64,000 nucleotides of DNA, taken from the NCBI GenBank assembly GCA_016187745.1, contig JACPJC010000003.1:1-64000 (forward strand). Direction: 5' to 3'. The DNA comes from Candidatus Iainarchaeum sp. GTDB lineage: Archaea > Iainarchaeota > Iainarchaeia > Iainarchaeales > JAXPJC01. Below, in pieces: positions 36,303-46,557 of the stretch. The notes under the pieces were generated by a model. That model was given only the letters and a program-made list of their open reading frames with translations. It was not told where the DNA came from and ran no database searches. The position numbers and the translations under genes are program-made. Within the stretch, counting starts at the first letter, position 1. Each line of letters starts with the position of its first letter.

Positions 36303-38180
36303 TTATGCCTTCCTGAGCAGAATCACCCCGTCCTCATTCACGAGAACTTTGTAATCCGCATCATTAAGCAATTCCTGCAGCCTTTCCTTCGCGCTTCCGG
36401 CGCTCGCATGCGCCTTTATTGTGGTATCAACAAGCACGTAATCCGCCTTTTCGAGATTCTCCGGGAAATAATAAACCTCGCGCCTGCTGGAAAGATGCGC
36501 AGCGAGGAATGAATCCGTGCTTACAACGGCCTCTTGGGGAATTTCCGAGATTGCATCCAGGAGCAGAACATGGTGCGGGGTTATTGTATAATTCTCAATA
36601 TTGAATGACGCTTCATTCGGCGCGAAATCAAGCAAACCCAGGGGGCTCGGGCCGAAGAATATTGCAGAAAGAATGCTGAATGAAAGCAGGGAAAGCGCGA
36701 TTGCGCGCGAGGCATGCGCGGCATTGAAATATCCGCTTAGGAATTTTTTCAGGCGCGCGTAGCCGAAAATTGCGGCAATGAAAACGAAGGGAATCAGCTC
36801 CGCATTGTACTGGAAATAAATTGTTGCGTGCTGGGGGAATGCGCTCAGGAGATTCAGGGCAAAGGTTGATGCGGGAACAAGCATTGCGCCGCTCAGAAGC
36901 GAGAGGAATGCAACAGGCACAAAGAGCAGGAGCAAATAGCCGATGTCCTGCGCCGTTGTCGCCTCCTTAATTACCATTAATGGATTTGAAATCATTGTTC
37001 CAATTACTTCTGCAGGGGAATCTCCGAACTGGAAGAAGGGGTTTTGCGTTCCCCCAATGTACTGATAGGGCCTTCCGAGCGCGGGAATTGCAACAAATAC
37101 CGCAAGCAGGAACCATATTACCGAAACTGCGCAAATGAGCATGCCTATTTTCTTTTTTCCCATTGCAAAAATCGCATAAATTCCGAGGAAGAATGCGACA
37201 ACGGCAACAGTTTCCCTTACCGCAAGCGAGAAGAAGAGGAAAACCGCGAATTTCCTGTAATCCGAAGTGTAGAGGTAATAAAACGCAAAGAGCATAAGGG
37301 GAATCACAAATGCCATTGCCTGGAATTCAGCGAGATTTATGAACTGCAGCGCCGGATACAGCAAGTAGGAAACTGCAATTGCAAATGCGGCAAATCTGCA
37401 GTTCAGAACCTTCCTTGCAAGCATGAAAATCGGAAGCGCTGCAATTGAAATGAAGACGGTCTGTATGAAGTAAAGGCTCAGTGCGTTCTGCATCAGCGCA
37501 TAAACCGGCAGGATGAAAAGCAGTATGAGGAAGAAATGGTCCCCTAAAAGAACCTGATTGCCCAGCTCGAGCGTGCGCGTTGTTACCATGAAATTCCCGT
37601 GCAGGGTATTCCACATCGCCTGGTTGAAAATCCACAAATCAGGGGCCGGGGTCTTGAATGTGAAATAGCGCAGGTAGGAAAGTATCAGGAACACAACAAA
37701 ATAAACTGCAATTGCGGCAATTAATGGGATTTTCCAGTCCATTTCCCTTGCACCCGCAAATTTGCCTGAATCGAATATCTTCCCGAGGGAAACCAGAACC
37801 TTCAGGAAAACAAACAGCGAAAGCGCAATTACGAGCAATAATTTAGTGAAGAGGTTGTATGCGAGCCCGGCAATATTTATCCCTAGCGCCATTGTAGTGT
37901 CATTCGGGACTGAGGAAAATGGGTTTATGAGAACAAAGAGAAGGATAATGAAGGGGAGGAAAGCAAGCGAGTCCTTAACAAGCGCTTCGCTGAAATCCTG
38001 ATTTGTAAATCTTGAAATTAAATGCGAATAGGCAATCCAGGCAATGAGGAAAACCGGAATTGAGAATGAGAAGGCAATAAGCGCATCAACTGCGAGCGCA
38101 CTTTTTATGAAAATTCCTGCAGAAATTGAGGCAAGCAGCACAACAACGAACGCAAGCAACAGGGGAGAATTAATCTTCAT
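36303..38180 (-). CDS. DUF2079-like polytopic membrane protein (GT-C-like)
   Basis: DLWIFNQAMWN..HG, GDHF, YLLYP, HLSSR..Y.FP. Confidence 0.75.
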   Translation of the reverse strand: MKINSPLLLAFVVVLLASISAGIFIKSALAVDALIAFSFSIPVFLIAWIAYSHLISRFTNQDFSEALVKDSLAFLPFIILLFVLINPFSSVPNDTTMALGINIAGLAYNLFTKLLLVIALSLFVFLKVLVSLGKIFDSGKFAGAREMDWKIPLIAAIAVYFVVFLILSYLRYFTFKTPAPDLWIFNQAMWNTLHGNFMVTTRTLELGNQVLLGDHFFLILLFILPVYALMQNALSLYFIQTVFISIAALPIFMLARKVLNCRFAAFAIAVSYLLYPALQFINLAEFQAMAFVIPLMLFAFYYLYTSDYRKFAVFLFFSLAVRETVAVVAFFLGIYAIFAMGKKKIGMLICAVSVIWFLLAVFVAIPALGRPYQYIGGTQNPFFQFGDSPAEVIGTMISNPLMVIKEATTAQDIGYLLLLFVPVAFLSLLSGAMLVPASTFALNLLSAFPQHATIYFQYNAELIPFVFIAAIFGYARLKKFLSGYFNAAHASRAIALSLLSFSILSAIFFGPSPLGLLDFAPNEASFNIENYTITPHHVLLLDAISEIPQEAVVSTDSFLAAHLSSRREVYYFPENLEKADYVLVDTTIKAHASAGSAKERLQELLNDADYKVLVNEDGVILLRKA

Positions 38181-38970
38181 TTTTTCCTCCGGCTTTTTTC
38201 TTCCTTGCGATTATCATTATGTCAATGCTTGTCCTGCTGTTTTTGAAAAGTTTTTCATCAGTTTCAATTATGAAATCCCTTATCTTCGCAAGCGCCTTCG
38301 GGGGCTTTTTGTCCCTTCTTATTATTGGCGCCTTTCCGGATTCTGCCTTGTTGGAATAGTCAGTTTTTACAAGCGGCTGGAGCATCTGGCTCAAATAGTT
38401 CTCGCACAATCCAAGAAGATAATGGCTGAGGAACCTGATTTCGATTATTTCAAAGCCGTTCTTCCCGAACAATCTTTTAAGCTCAGTATAATCATAGGCG
38501 CGCTTGTCGCCATAGCCATAAACCCCGAGAGGGAGATGCTTCTTGAAAAGGGTTTCAAGAACCGCATTTATCGGATCGAAAGTAAAGGGGTATTTTTTCT
38601 GCGGGACCGTTATTATTGCCTCCCCGCTTCCCTTAAGCACGCGGCGCATTTCCCTTATCGCTTTTGCGTCGTCATCAACATGCTCCAGGACTTCCGAGCA
38701 TATTATTTTGTCAAATGTGCTGCTTTTGAAGGGAAGCCTTTCGGCATTTGCAACAAGGAATTCCGCATTTCTAATCCCGCTCTTTCGCGCAATCCCAATG
38801 TCGCTTGAATTTGTGTCTATTCCTGTGAGTGAAGCGAATTTTTTCTGCAATTTCCCCTCCAGCAGGCCGTCGGAGCAGCCGATTTCAAGGAGCTTTTTCC
38901 CTGAGCCCGCGGCCTCCGCAAGATTGCTCATCCTGTTGTAGAAGCTTGGAGCTAATTCCTTGAGGCTCAT
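38170..38970 (-). CDS. Class I SAM-dependent methyltransferase
   Basis: LEIGCSDG, LPFKSSTFD, SEVLEHV, EMRRVLK. Confidence 0.88.
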   Translation of the reverse strand: MSLKELAPSFYNRMSNLAEAAGSGKKLLEIGCSDGLLEGKLQKKFASLTGIDTNSSDIGIARKSGIRNAEFLVANAERLPFKSSTFDKIICSEVLEHVDDDAKAIREMRRVLKGSGEAIITVPQKKYPFTFDPINAVLETLFKKHLPLGVYGYGDKRAYDYTELKRLFGKNGFEIIEIRFLSHYLLGLCENYLSQMLQPLVKTDYSNKAESGKAPIIRRDKKPPKALAKIRDFIIETDEKLFKNSRTSIDIMIIARKKKAGGKNED

Positions 38971-38978
38971 GTTTTTCC

Positions 38979-40391
38979 CTAATAAAAGTCCTGCCTTGCT
39001 TTTTCCGCGGGCCTGCCCATCACATATGCCGCAAGCTTGAAGGCGTTTGAGATGCTTTCAATCGGCTTTGATGCGAAATACTTTATTGCATGCAGCGCAT
39101 AAGAGGGCCTGAAATAGAAGGCGCGGTAGAACTCCTTTTCCCTTCTTATCAGCCTGGCGTCAATCGCGCTGTCAAGGAATTTGTTCTCATATGGGAAAAG
39201 GGAAAAGGCAACTTCATTCTTCATCCCCTCAAAGAGCTCTGTTCCGGGGTATGGAATAAGGCTTGAGACAAGCACAAAATCAAGGTCAAGGGATTTTGCA
39301 ATTTCAATGCTCTTTCTGAAGTCCTCTTCGGATTCCTGCGGGGCAACCATAAAAAAGCCTGTTGATTCTATCCCGGAGTCCTTTACAATTCTTATTTTAT
39401 TTTTTAATTCATCTGTTTTGTATCCCTTTTTGTAAAAATCCAGGATGCGCTGCGATCCGGATTCAATTCCTATAAGGACGCGCACGCAGCCTGCCTTTTT
39501 CATCCATCCAAAAACTTCTTTGTCAATCGTATCAACGCGCGAAAAGCAGCTCCATTTCATTTTTATTTTTCTCTCAACAATGCCCCTGCACACGTCAATT
39601 ATGCGCTTCTTGTTGGCATTGAAAGTGTCATCAAAGAACCTGAAGCTTTTTATCCCCAATGCGGAAATGAATTCTATTTCCTCCAGTACCTTTTCCGCGC
39701 TTCTTTCCGCGAACTGCCTTCCGTAAGTGTGGACGCAGTAATTGCATGCGAACGGGCAGCCGCGCGAGGTCTGCAGGACGGTGAATGGCTTATCCATGAG
39801 CACCTCGCTGTATTTTTCGAGCTTGAGAAGCTCGTGCGCGGGGAGTGGAAGCTCGTCAAGATTTTTTATGCGCCCCCTCTGCGCATTTACTGTTATTTTG
39901 TTTTTCGCTCTGAAGGCAAGGCCTTTAATGCCGGAATAAGATTTGTTTTTCTGCAGGCAGTCATAAAATTCAGAGAATGTAATGTCAGGCTCATTTAGGA
40001 GAATGAAATCAATGTCTGAATTTTTCAGCGTTTCTTTCGGGAAGAGCGTCGGGTAATGGCCGAAGCAGCCGATTTTCGCTTTTGGGAATGCGCTTTTGAG
40101 CGCGCCCAGCGCCTCCATGTCCTGCTGGAATACTTCAAATCCCGTAAGCGAAACAAGAAGCCCGGGGTTGAACTGCCTCAGGCGCGCAATGACCTGCTGC
40201 AGGTCAATATTTTCAGCAACCGCATCAATAAGGAGAGTTTCCGCGTTCTTAACGCGCTTTGCAATTCCCGCAAGCGCCATCAGCTCTATTGGGGGAAATA
40301 ATGAATTCGGGGAATTGTATGAGCACATGTAGCGCCTGAAAACCCTTTCAGCGCTCGGAAGATTCAAGAGAACAACATTCATAAAATTCAC
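38979..40391 (-). CDS. Cobalamin-dependent radical SAM protein
   Basis: SRGCPFACNYC, FDDTF, GIESG, PYPGT. Confidence 0.9.
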   Translation of the reverse strand: MNFMNVVLLNLPSAERVFRRYMCSYNSPNSLFPPIELMALAGIAKRVKNAETLLIDAVAENIDLQQVIARLRQFNPGLLVSLTGFEVFQQDMEALGALKSAFPKAKIGCFGHYPTLFPKETLKNSDIDFILLNEPDITFSEFYDCLQKNKSYSGIKGLAFRAKNKITVNAQRGRIKNLDELPLPAHELLKLEKYSEVLMDKPFTVLQTSRGCPFACNYCVHTYGRQFAERSAEKVLEEIEFISALGIKSFRFFDDTFNANKKRIIDVCRGIVERKIKMKWSCFSRVDTIDKEVFGWMKKAGCVRVLIGIESGSQRILDFYKKGYKTDELKNKIRIVKDSGIESTGFFMVAPQESEEDFRKSIEIAKSLDLDFVLVSSLIPYPGTELFEGMKNEVAFSLFPYENKFLDSAIDARLIRREKEFYRAFYFRPSYALHAIKYFASKPIESISNAFKLAAYVMGRPAEKARQDFY

Positions 40392-40405
40392 TTAAGCATA
40401 ATTCC

Positions 40406-41869
40406 CTAATGCCCCATTTTCACTATTACCTTGAAGCCTCTCCAGTAGCGCACCAGATCAAAAAGGCTTCTTGCCGAGAAGAGCTCCCTGAGCATGTAGC
40501 CGGGGCGCAGATAGAAATCCTTGTGCGCTTTTACAACGCAGTTGCGCAATTCATCCTCGGTCATGTCCTTCGGAACATAGGCGAATTTCGTTTCCCCGTC
40601 AATGCTCGGGTTGTAATTCGTGTAATCGTCGTGCAGGATTTTCCCCTCGCGCCTTGCAATCTCATAGAGGTCGTTTCCGGGAAGAAGGGTAACATTGTAG
40701 AATGTAACGACATCAAGCGGGAGGGATTTTGCAAATTCAACGGTTTCATGGATTGTTTCCTTTGTCTCTCCGGGCATTCCAAAAACAAAATATGCGCGCG
40801 TTCCCATTCCCGCCTTTTTTGTCCAGTTTATCGCGTTCCTGCTCTGCTCAAGCGTAATGCCCTTGCGCATTATATTGAGGATTTTCTGCGAGCCGGATTC
40901 CAATCCAAAGGAAATCTGCCAGCAGCCAGCTTCCTTCATTTTTTTCAGGAGCACAGGAGAAACATGGTTCACGCGCGTAATCGCCGTCCATATCACTCCC
41001 AGCTTGCGCCTTATTATTTCGTCGCATATTGCAATCGTGCGCTTCTCGTCAAAAGTAAAGGTATCATCAAAAAACCTGACTTCCTTAACCCCATAATCCT
41101 TTACCATCTGCCCTATCTCATCAACAACATTTTTCGGGCTTCTCATCCTCACAGTATTGCCGAAAATCCTCTTGTCGCAGAATATGCAGCGGTAGGGGCA
41201 GCCGCGGCTTGACATCAGATGCATGTAAGGGAGCTTCCTGCAGGACGCGGGAACAGGGGAATACTTTTCAGGCCCGGGAAACAAATGGCGCGCGGGAAAC
41301 GGGACGGAATCAAGGTCCTGTATGTAAGGGCGGGGCGCTGCAAAAACAAGCTTGCTGGATTTGTCCCTGAAGACGGTTCCCTTTATATCCTTCAATATTG
41401 CAGGAGTGAGTTTTCCTTTTGCTTTTCTCATTGCCTGCGCAATCTCAAGTGTTGTGTATTCCCCCTCCCCTATAACCCCGATATCAAAGCAACTGTTCTG
41501 CATCGCTTCTTTCGGGAGGGCAGTAACGTGCGCGCCCCCAAGGGTTATTATTGCATTGGGAATTTCCTTCTTTATGTTCTGCGCAGCCTCTATTGTGGGC
41601 ATTATGAAGAGCGTTGTTGAAGTAAATCCAATCAAATCCGGGGCGTCCTTTTTCAATTCCGCAACAAGCGCATCAGTGCCCATTTGCGTCGGCAGGCAGT
41701 CAATTATTTTAACATTGAAGCCGTTCTGCTCCAATACTGCCGCAACATACCCTATCCCAAGCGGAGGGAGAATATTTGCAATTTCCTCAAAGCTTGCCTG
41801 CAGCATGCGCCTGCTCATCGGCGCATTCACAAGCACTATTTTCGGATAGCTTTCGGCCATATTCATCAT
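40406..41869 (-). CDS. Cobalamin-dependent radical SAM protein
   Basis: PPLGIGY, GGAHVT, GEGE, SRGCPYRCIFC, GLESG. Confidence 0.92.
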   Translation of the reverse strand: MMNMAESYPKIVLVNAPMSRRMLQASFEEIANILPPLGIGYVAAVLEQNGFNVKIIDCLPTQMGTDALVAELKKDAPDLIGFTSTTLFIMPTIEAAQNIKKEIPNAIITLGGAHVTALPKEAMQNSCFDIGVIGEGEYTTLEIAQAMRKAKGKLTPAILKDIKGTVFRDKSSKLVFAAPRPYIQDLDSVPFPARHLFPGPEKYSPVPASCRKLPYMHLMSSRGCPYRCIFCDKRIFGNTVRMRSPKNVVDEIGQMVKDYGVKEVRFFDDTFTFDEKRTIAICDEIIRRKLGVIWTAITRVNHVSPVLLKKMKEAGCWQISFGLESGSQKILNIMRKGITLEQSRNAINWTKKAGMGTRAYFVFGMPGETKETIHETVEFAKSLPLDVVTFYNVTLLPGNDLYEIARREGKILHDDYTNYNPSIDGETKFAYVPKDMTEDELRNCVVKAHKDFYLRPGYMLRELFSARSLFDLVRYWRGFKVIVKMGH

Positions 41870-41885
41870 TTAATTCTGCGTGCAA

Positions 41886-42998
41886 TTAAGGTGTTGTGGT
41901 ACAAAATTCCCTTATTGCATTTGCAACGTGTTCAATCTGCTCGCGCGCCAGTTCAGGATACATTGGCAATGAGAGGATTTTCTTTGAAATTGCCTCCGCA
42001 TTCGGGAACGAGCCTTCCTTGTAGCCAAGGTCCTCATATGCGGGCTGCAGATGGATTGGGGTCGGATAATGGATTCCTGTTGAAATGCCCTTTCCCTCAA
42101 GGAATGTTTTCAGCTCGTCCCTTCTCTCCGCCTGGATTGCATATAGATGGAAAACGTGCTTCACGTAGCTTTTTTCTTTCGGCAGGGTTATTTTTGATTC
42201 CAGGTTTTTCAGAAGCTCGTTGTATAATTTTGCATTGTTTCTCCTTGCCTCGGTCCATTCATCGAGCTTCTTGAGCTTTGCATTCAGTATTGCGCCCTGG
42301 AAGCCCTCCATCCTGTAATTGTAGCCGATGTCATTGTGGACGTTCTTGGGCCTTTCATAGTGCGCGCGGAGCAATTTTACCTTGTCTATCAGCTCATCAT
42401 CGCTGCTCACGACAATTCCCGCTTCGCCGAATGCACCCAGATTCTTTGTGGGATAGAAGGAAAAGCATCCCGTTCCGGCAACAGGGATTTTTTTGCCCCT
42501 GTAAACCGCATTGTGCGCCTGGCAGCAGTCCTCTATCACGCGCAGGTCGTGCTCATCCGCGAAATCAACAATCTCATCAACATCCGCGGGCTGGCCGTAC
42601 AAATGCACGGGCACAATTGCCTTTGTTCTCTTGCTTAATGCGCCATCAAGCTGCCTGAAATCAAGGTTGTAGGTTTCAGGGTCCACATCAACGAATTTTG
42701 GAACTGCGCCGCAGAGTGAAATTGCCTCAGCAGTTGCGAAAAAGCTGAAGGGGGTGGTTATAACCTCATCCCCGGGCCTTACGCCTGCCGCAATGAGCGC
42801 AAGCTGCAAAGCAGCAGTGCCTGAATTTGTTGCTGCCGCGTGCTCGTAGTTGCAGAACGCCGCGAAATTCCTCTCGAATTCCTCAACATATTTTCCGAGA
42901 ACGAATGCGCCGTCATCCAGCACATTCTGTATTGCGGAATCAACTTCCTGCTTTACAGAATTATAGTTTGCCTTCAAATCAATTATTGGTACGTTCAT
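41886..42998 (-). CDS. DegT-family aminotransferase (WbpE-like)
   Basis: NSGTAAL, VHLYGQ, EDCCQAH, FSFYPTKNLGAFG, HYPTPIH; GGAGG before ATG 42998. Confidence 0.92.
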   Translation of the reverse strand: MNVPIIDLKANYNSVKQEVDSAIQNVLDDGAFVLGKYVEEFERNFAAFCNYEHAAATNSGTAALQLALIAAGVRPGDEVITTPFSFFATAEAISLCGAVPKFVDVDPETYNLDFRQLDGALSKRTKAIVPVHLYGQPADVDEIVDFADEHDLRVIEDCCQAHNAVYRGKKIPVAGTGCFSFYPTKNLGAFGEAGIVVSSDDELIDKVKLLRAHYERPKNVHNDIGYNYRMEGFQGAILNAKLKKLDEWTEARRNNAKLYNELLKNLESKITLPKEKSYVKHVFHLYAIQAERRDELKTFLEGKGISTGIHYPTPIHLQPAYEDLGYKEGSFPNAEAISKKILSLPMYPELAREQIEHVANAIREFCTTTP

Positions 42999-43015
42999 TT
43001 TAACTCCTCCTAAAT

Positions 43016-43735
43016 TCAATCCCCTTTTGTGTTCAATCTCCACCATATCCTGAATGTGTTTGCAAGGGTCTTCGGCCCGTCTTCAAGAACCGAGAATTTC
43101 CCTTCCTCGCGCCTATGCCTGTAGGGAACGGCAATTTCCCTTATCCTCGCGTTTTTCCTGAACAGCTTTGCAAACAGCTCAACATGCACATCAAAGCGGT
43201 TTGCCTTTACGTTAACCCCCTCAAGAATTTTTTTCCTGAAAAGCACGCAGCCGCTCCCCAAGTCCTTTACCGTAATCCCAAAAAGAATCCTGTTTATTAC
43301 ATAATAAACCCTGCTCGGGAGCATGCGCGTAAATGGCAGATCCTTGGGCTTTATTCCCACATATTTGGAGCTTACAACAACATCCGCATTTTTCGCCTCT
43401 TCCACGAGCTTTGGGATTATTGCCGGGGTCAATGAAAGGTCTGCATCGCAGTATATTATGTAAGTGCCCTTTGCAGCATTCCATAATTCCTTAAGCGTGT
43501 ATCCCAGCCCTTTGTTCGGATAGTGCGAAACCGGCCTGAGCCTCCTGTCTTTTTTTGCAATGCGCCGAAGTATTTTCAGCGTGTTGTCCTTGCTGCCGTC
43601 ATTTCCCACAAGTATTTCATAATCAAACGGCATTTTTTTCAGCTCGGCGCTAAGCTTGCTGTAGGTGCTTTCAATTATGTTCTGCTCGTTGTATGCAGGC
43701 ACAATTATTGAAATTTTTTCCATATGTTTCATCAC
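43016..43735 (-). CDS. Glycosyltransferase family 2 (Dol-P-glycosyl synthase-like)
   Basis: VPAYNE, NDGSKD, NKGLG, DADL. Confidence 0.88.
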   Translation of the reverse strand: MMKHMEKISIIVPAYNEQNIIESTYSKLSAELKKMPFDYEILVGNDGSKDNTLKILRRIAKKDRRLRPVSHYPNKGLGYTLKELWNAAKGTYIIYCDADLSLTPAIIPKLVEEAKNADVVVSSKYVGIKPKDLPFTRMLPSRVYYVINRILFGITVKDLGSGCVLFRKKILEGVNVKANRFDVHVELFAKLFRKNARIREIAVPYRHRREEGKFSVLEDGPKTLANTFRIWWRLNTKGD

Positions 43736-44751
43736 TCCCTGATTTCAACCCTTGCGCCATTGTGCGCCAGCGACTGCTCCGCCGCTTCCAATACTTTCAC
43801 AACGCGCAATCCGATTTCCCCTGAGGTTTTTGGCTCCTTGTTCCGCTCAATGCATTCGATGAAGTGCGCCAATTCCGCCTGAAGCGCCTCGGTTTTTTCA
43901 GTTGCTATCGGAACTGCACCCTTATCCCTGTATTCAATGTCTTTTGCTGATTTTGCATTTTCCTGCAGCAAATCAACCCCCTTATCATAGACTGTCAGCT
44001 CGTTCTCCTTTGTGATGTCATACACTAGCATTTTTTTAGTTCCCACAACAGCCATTTCCCTGTCCTTTATGGGATAGAGCCATGAATCGTGCACATTTGC
44101 AATTACCCCATCGGAGTATTCCATGCACAGGTGCGCATCATCAACAATCCCGGGAATGAAATGCGATTTCCCGGAGGCGCTTACCGCTTTCGGCTCCTTC
44201 CCCAGCCAGAAATTTATTATTGAAATGTCATGCGGCGCAAGGTCATACAGGACATCAATCGGATCCAATTGAAACAATCCCAAATTCAGGCGCGAGGAAT
44301 TCACAAAAAGTATTTTTCCCAGTTCCCCCGAATCAATAATCTCCTTTGCCTTATTTACCGCAGAAGTGTATTCAAACGTGTGCCCTGCCATCAGCACAAG
44401 CTTTTTCTCGCGCGCGATTTTAATCAGTTCCTTCGCCTGCTCCGCTGTCTGCGTCAGGGGCTTCTCAATCATTATGTGCTTTCCAGCTTCCAGAGCCTGC
44501 TTTGCAATCTTGTAATGCGTTGTAACCGGAGTGGCAATGACCAGTCCCTTTATGCTTTTGTTTGAAAGCACTGAATCAAAATCAGTTGTTGTTTCTGCCT
44601 TGGGATGCTGGCTCTTTATTGCGTCGCATTTCCCCTCATTCAGGTCGCATGCAATAAGCCTTTCAACTTCCCCAAGCTCCTGCAGCTTAGAAAGGTTCCT
44701 TGCAATTTTAGGCCCCCAATAGCCGAGGCCGATTACAGCAATGCCCGTCAT
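43732..44751 (-). CDS. Gfo/Idh/MocA oxidoreductase (WbpB-like)
   Basis: GLGYWG, IATP..TH, EKP, GHTF, RLNLG, DLAPHD. Confidence 0.9.
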   Translation of the reverse strand: MTGIAVIGLGYWGPKIARNLSKLQELGEVERLIACDLNEGKCDAIKSQHPKAETTTDFDSVLSNKSIKGLVIATPVTTHYKIAKQALEAGKHIMIEKPLTQTAEQAKELIKIAREKKLVLMAGHTFEYTSAVNKAKEIIDSGELGKILFVNSSRLNLGLFQLDPIDVLYDLAPHDISIINFWLGKEPKAVSASGKSHFIPGIVDDAHLCMEYSDGVIANVHDSWLYPIKDREMAVVGTKKMLVYDITKENELTVYDKGVDLLQENAKSAKDIEYRDKGAVPIATEKTEALQAELAHFIECIERNKEPKTSGEIGLRVVKVLEAAEQSLAHNGARVEIRE

Positions 44752-44864
44752 ACCTTACACTATCCTTCATAAAACAATGAACTTTGCAACATGGCCTGTT
44801 ATGCCTATTATAGTTAAGGAAATTAAGGCAACAAAGGTTTAAAATGCAAATGCCGGCAAATGGT

Positions 44865-44880
44865 TTTGAGGGTTGTACTA
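44865..44880 (-). promoter_or_regulatory. Conserved upstream motif TAGTACAA-NN-CTCAAA
   Basis: Exact match to the other copies. Confidence 0.55.
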
Positions 44881-44883
44881 ATT

Positions 44884-46557
44884 TTATCGCTGTGCCTCAT
44901 AAACCACAAAATTTCCATAGGTAAATGCGATTTCCCCCTGAATTCCGGGTTCAGCATAATACGGGGAGTCAAATGCATAACCCTTCTCAATTACAATATA
45001 TTTTATGCCCTGCTCACGCGCCAGATCATTGATGCATTCAATGCATTTGTTTTCAATTATGTAATCCTGCTTAGTTTTGTTTATCATCATAATGCGCCAA
45101 GCTTTATTTCTAATTACCTGCATATCATTAAAAGCACCGAAGGTATCCCTCGGGAAATAGGCATAGACATCAAACGGAATCTTGTTGGAATACATCGCCT
45201 GCGCAAGCGAATCCTTTGTGAGGAAAAGCGTTTTTTGGAGGGATGGATCAAATTCATAGAAGGCGCGCGCAAATTGATAGCCGTCATAGCTTATTTTTTC
45301 CTCGCCCTTCTGCAATTCCATTATCAGGCTTGAGGAAAAGAAGCTTGCGAGGCATATTATGAGCAAAGCAATTTTGAAGTATCTGCTCTGCGCGATTTTT
45401 GATTTTGCAAGCACGCCTGCGGCAAATACAATTGCAATAATCACAATCAAACTGATGAATCTTGAATGCGCTTCCTTCAGCACAAAGCCCAAAGCCATTA
45501 TTGAATAAATTATTATGCATAGCACAAATAATTTCAGCAGGAATTTTGAATTTATATCAAAGAATTTTTTCCTGTTATGGACAATTAAAACAAGTGCAAT
45601 AACAAATGCTGCGCTCCCTACAATTCCTATCCACAAGGGAACAAAGCGCAGTGCCTCGAAAAGCATCTGCGGCGTTGCTGCGCCCGAGGTTTTCGGAAGC
45701 GCGAGGGAATTTGCTATGTAGACCATAATCGGAACCGCAAGCGAGGGAATTGCGAGCAGTGCGGAGAAAACAAACAGCGAAAGCTTTCTTCCTGCCTCTT
45801 TAAGGCCTGTGCGCAGCAAGAGCACAAGAACGAATATTACTGCAATTAGCGCTGACGCAATGTGCGCCGCTATTGCAACAGGGAAGAATAAATATGCAAG
45901 TTTGCTGCGCTTCAGATACATGTAAGCGGCAAGCAGCGCAAACGCCATTCCCAGAATCAGGGGGTGCATTCCCCAGAAGAAGTTCTGGAATACGATGCGC
46001 GTGCTGATGAAGAGAATTGCAGCAATTTCGCCTGCGTGCTCGTTCCTGAAAAATTCCCTTGCGAAGAGGTAAATTGCAAGCAGTTCAATTGCGGCAATTA
46101 TTGCCCCAATAAATGCATACCACAAATAATCCGGAATTATTGGAAACAAGTCCGAGAACAGCTTCACAAATGAGTGATATGCCACATAATAGCTGAATGA
46201 GACATCAGAATAGGGCGCATAAGTCAATGGAATTTTCTCTGCAAGAAGGCGCGTTATTGTTATCTGCCCTGCATCAATGCTCGCGGAGTAAAAGGGGGTA
46301 ATGAGAAAAACCGAATAAATGCAGAGAACAAACATGATTGCAGAAAGCGCGAAAACCCTTGGCTTTATATCAAGGCTGAAATGAAATTTTTTGTAAATTA
46401 AATAGCTTGCAATTGCGGAAACAACAAAAATAAATATTGAATTTCTCCAGAAATAGCCGAGCCACAAGGAGGTGAGGATTGAGGCTGAAATGAAAATGAG
46501 CGCAAAAAGAAGCGCGGAGTTCGCGAATCCCTTGAATTTCATTAATTTCTCATTCAT
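44884..46557 (-). CDS. Polytopic membrane protein (GT-C-like)
   Basis: Many TMs and a C-terminal soluble domain ending GIKYIVI...NFVVYE, as in archaeal GT-C proteins. Confidence 0.6.
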   Translation of the reverse strand: MNEKLMKFKGFANSALLFALIFISASILTSLWLGYFWRNSIFIFVVSAIASYLIYKKFHFSLDIKPRVFALSAIMFVLCIYSVFLITPFYSASIDAGQITITRLLAEKIPLTYAPYSDVSFSYYVAYHSFVKLFSDLFPIIPDYLWYAFIGAIIAAIELLAIYLFAREFFRNEHAGEIAAILFISTRIVFQNFFWGMHPLILGMAFALLAAYMYLKRSKLAYLFFPVAIAAHIASALIAVIFVLVLLLRTGLKEAGRKLSLFVFSALLAIPSLAVPIMVYIANSLALPKTSGAATPQMLFEALRFVPLWIGIVGSAAFVIALVLIVHNRKKFFDINSKFLLKLFVLCIIIYSIMALGFVLKEAHSRFISLIVIIAIVFAAGVLAKSKIAQSRYFKIALLIICLASFFSSSLIMELQKGEEKISYDGYQFARAFYEFDPSLQKTLFLTKDSLAQAMYSNKIPFDVYAYFPRDTFGAFNDMQVIRNKAWRIMMINKTKQDYIIENKCIECINDLAREQGIKYIVIEKGYAFDSPYYAEPGIQGEIAFTYGNFVVYEAQR

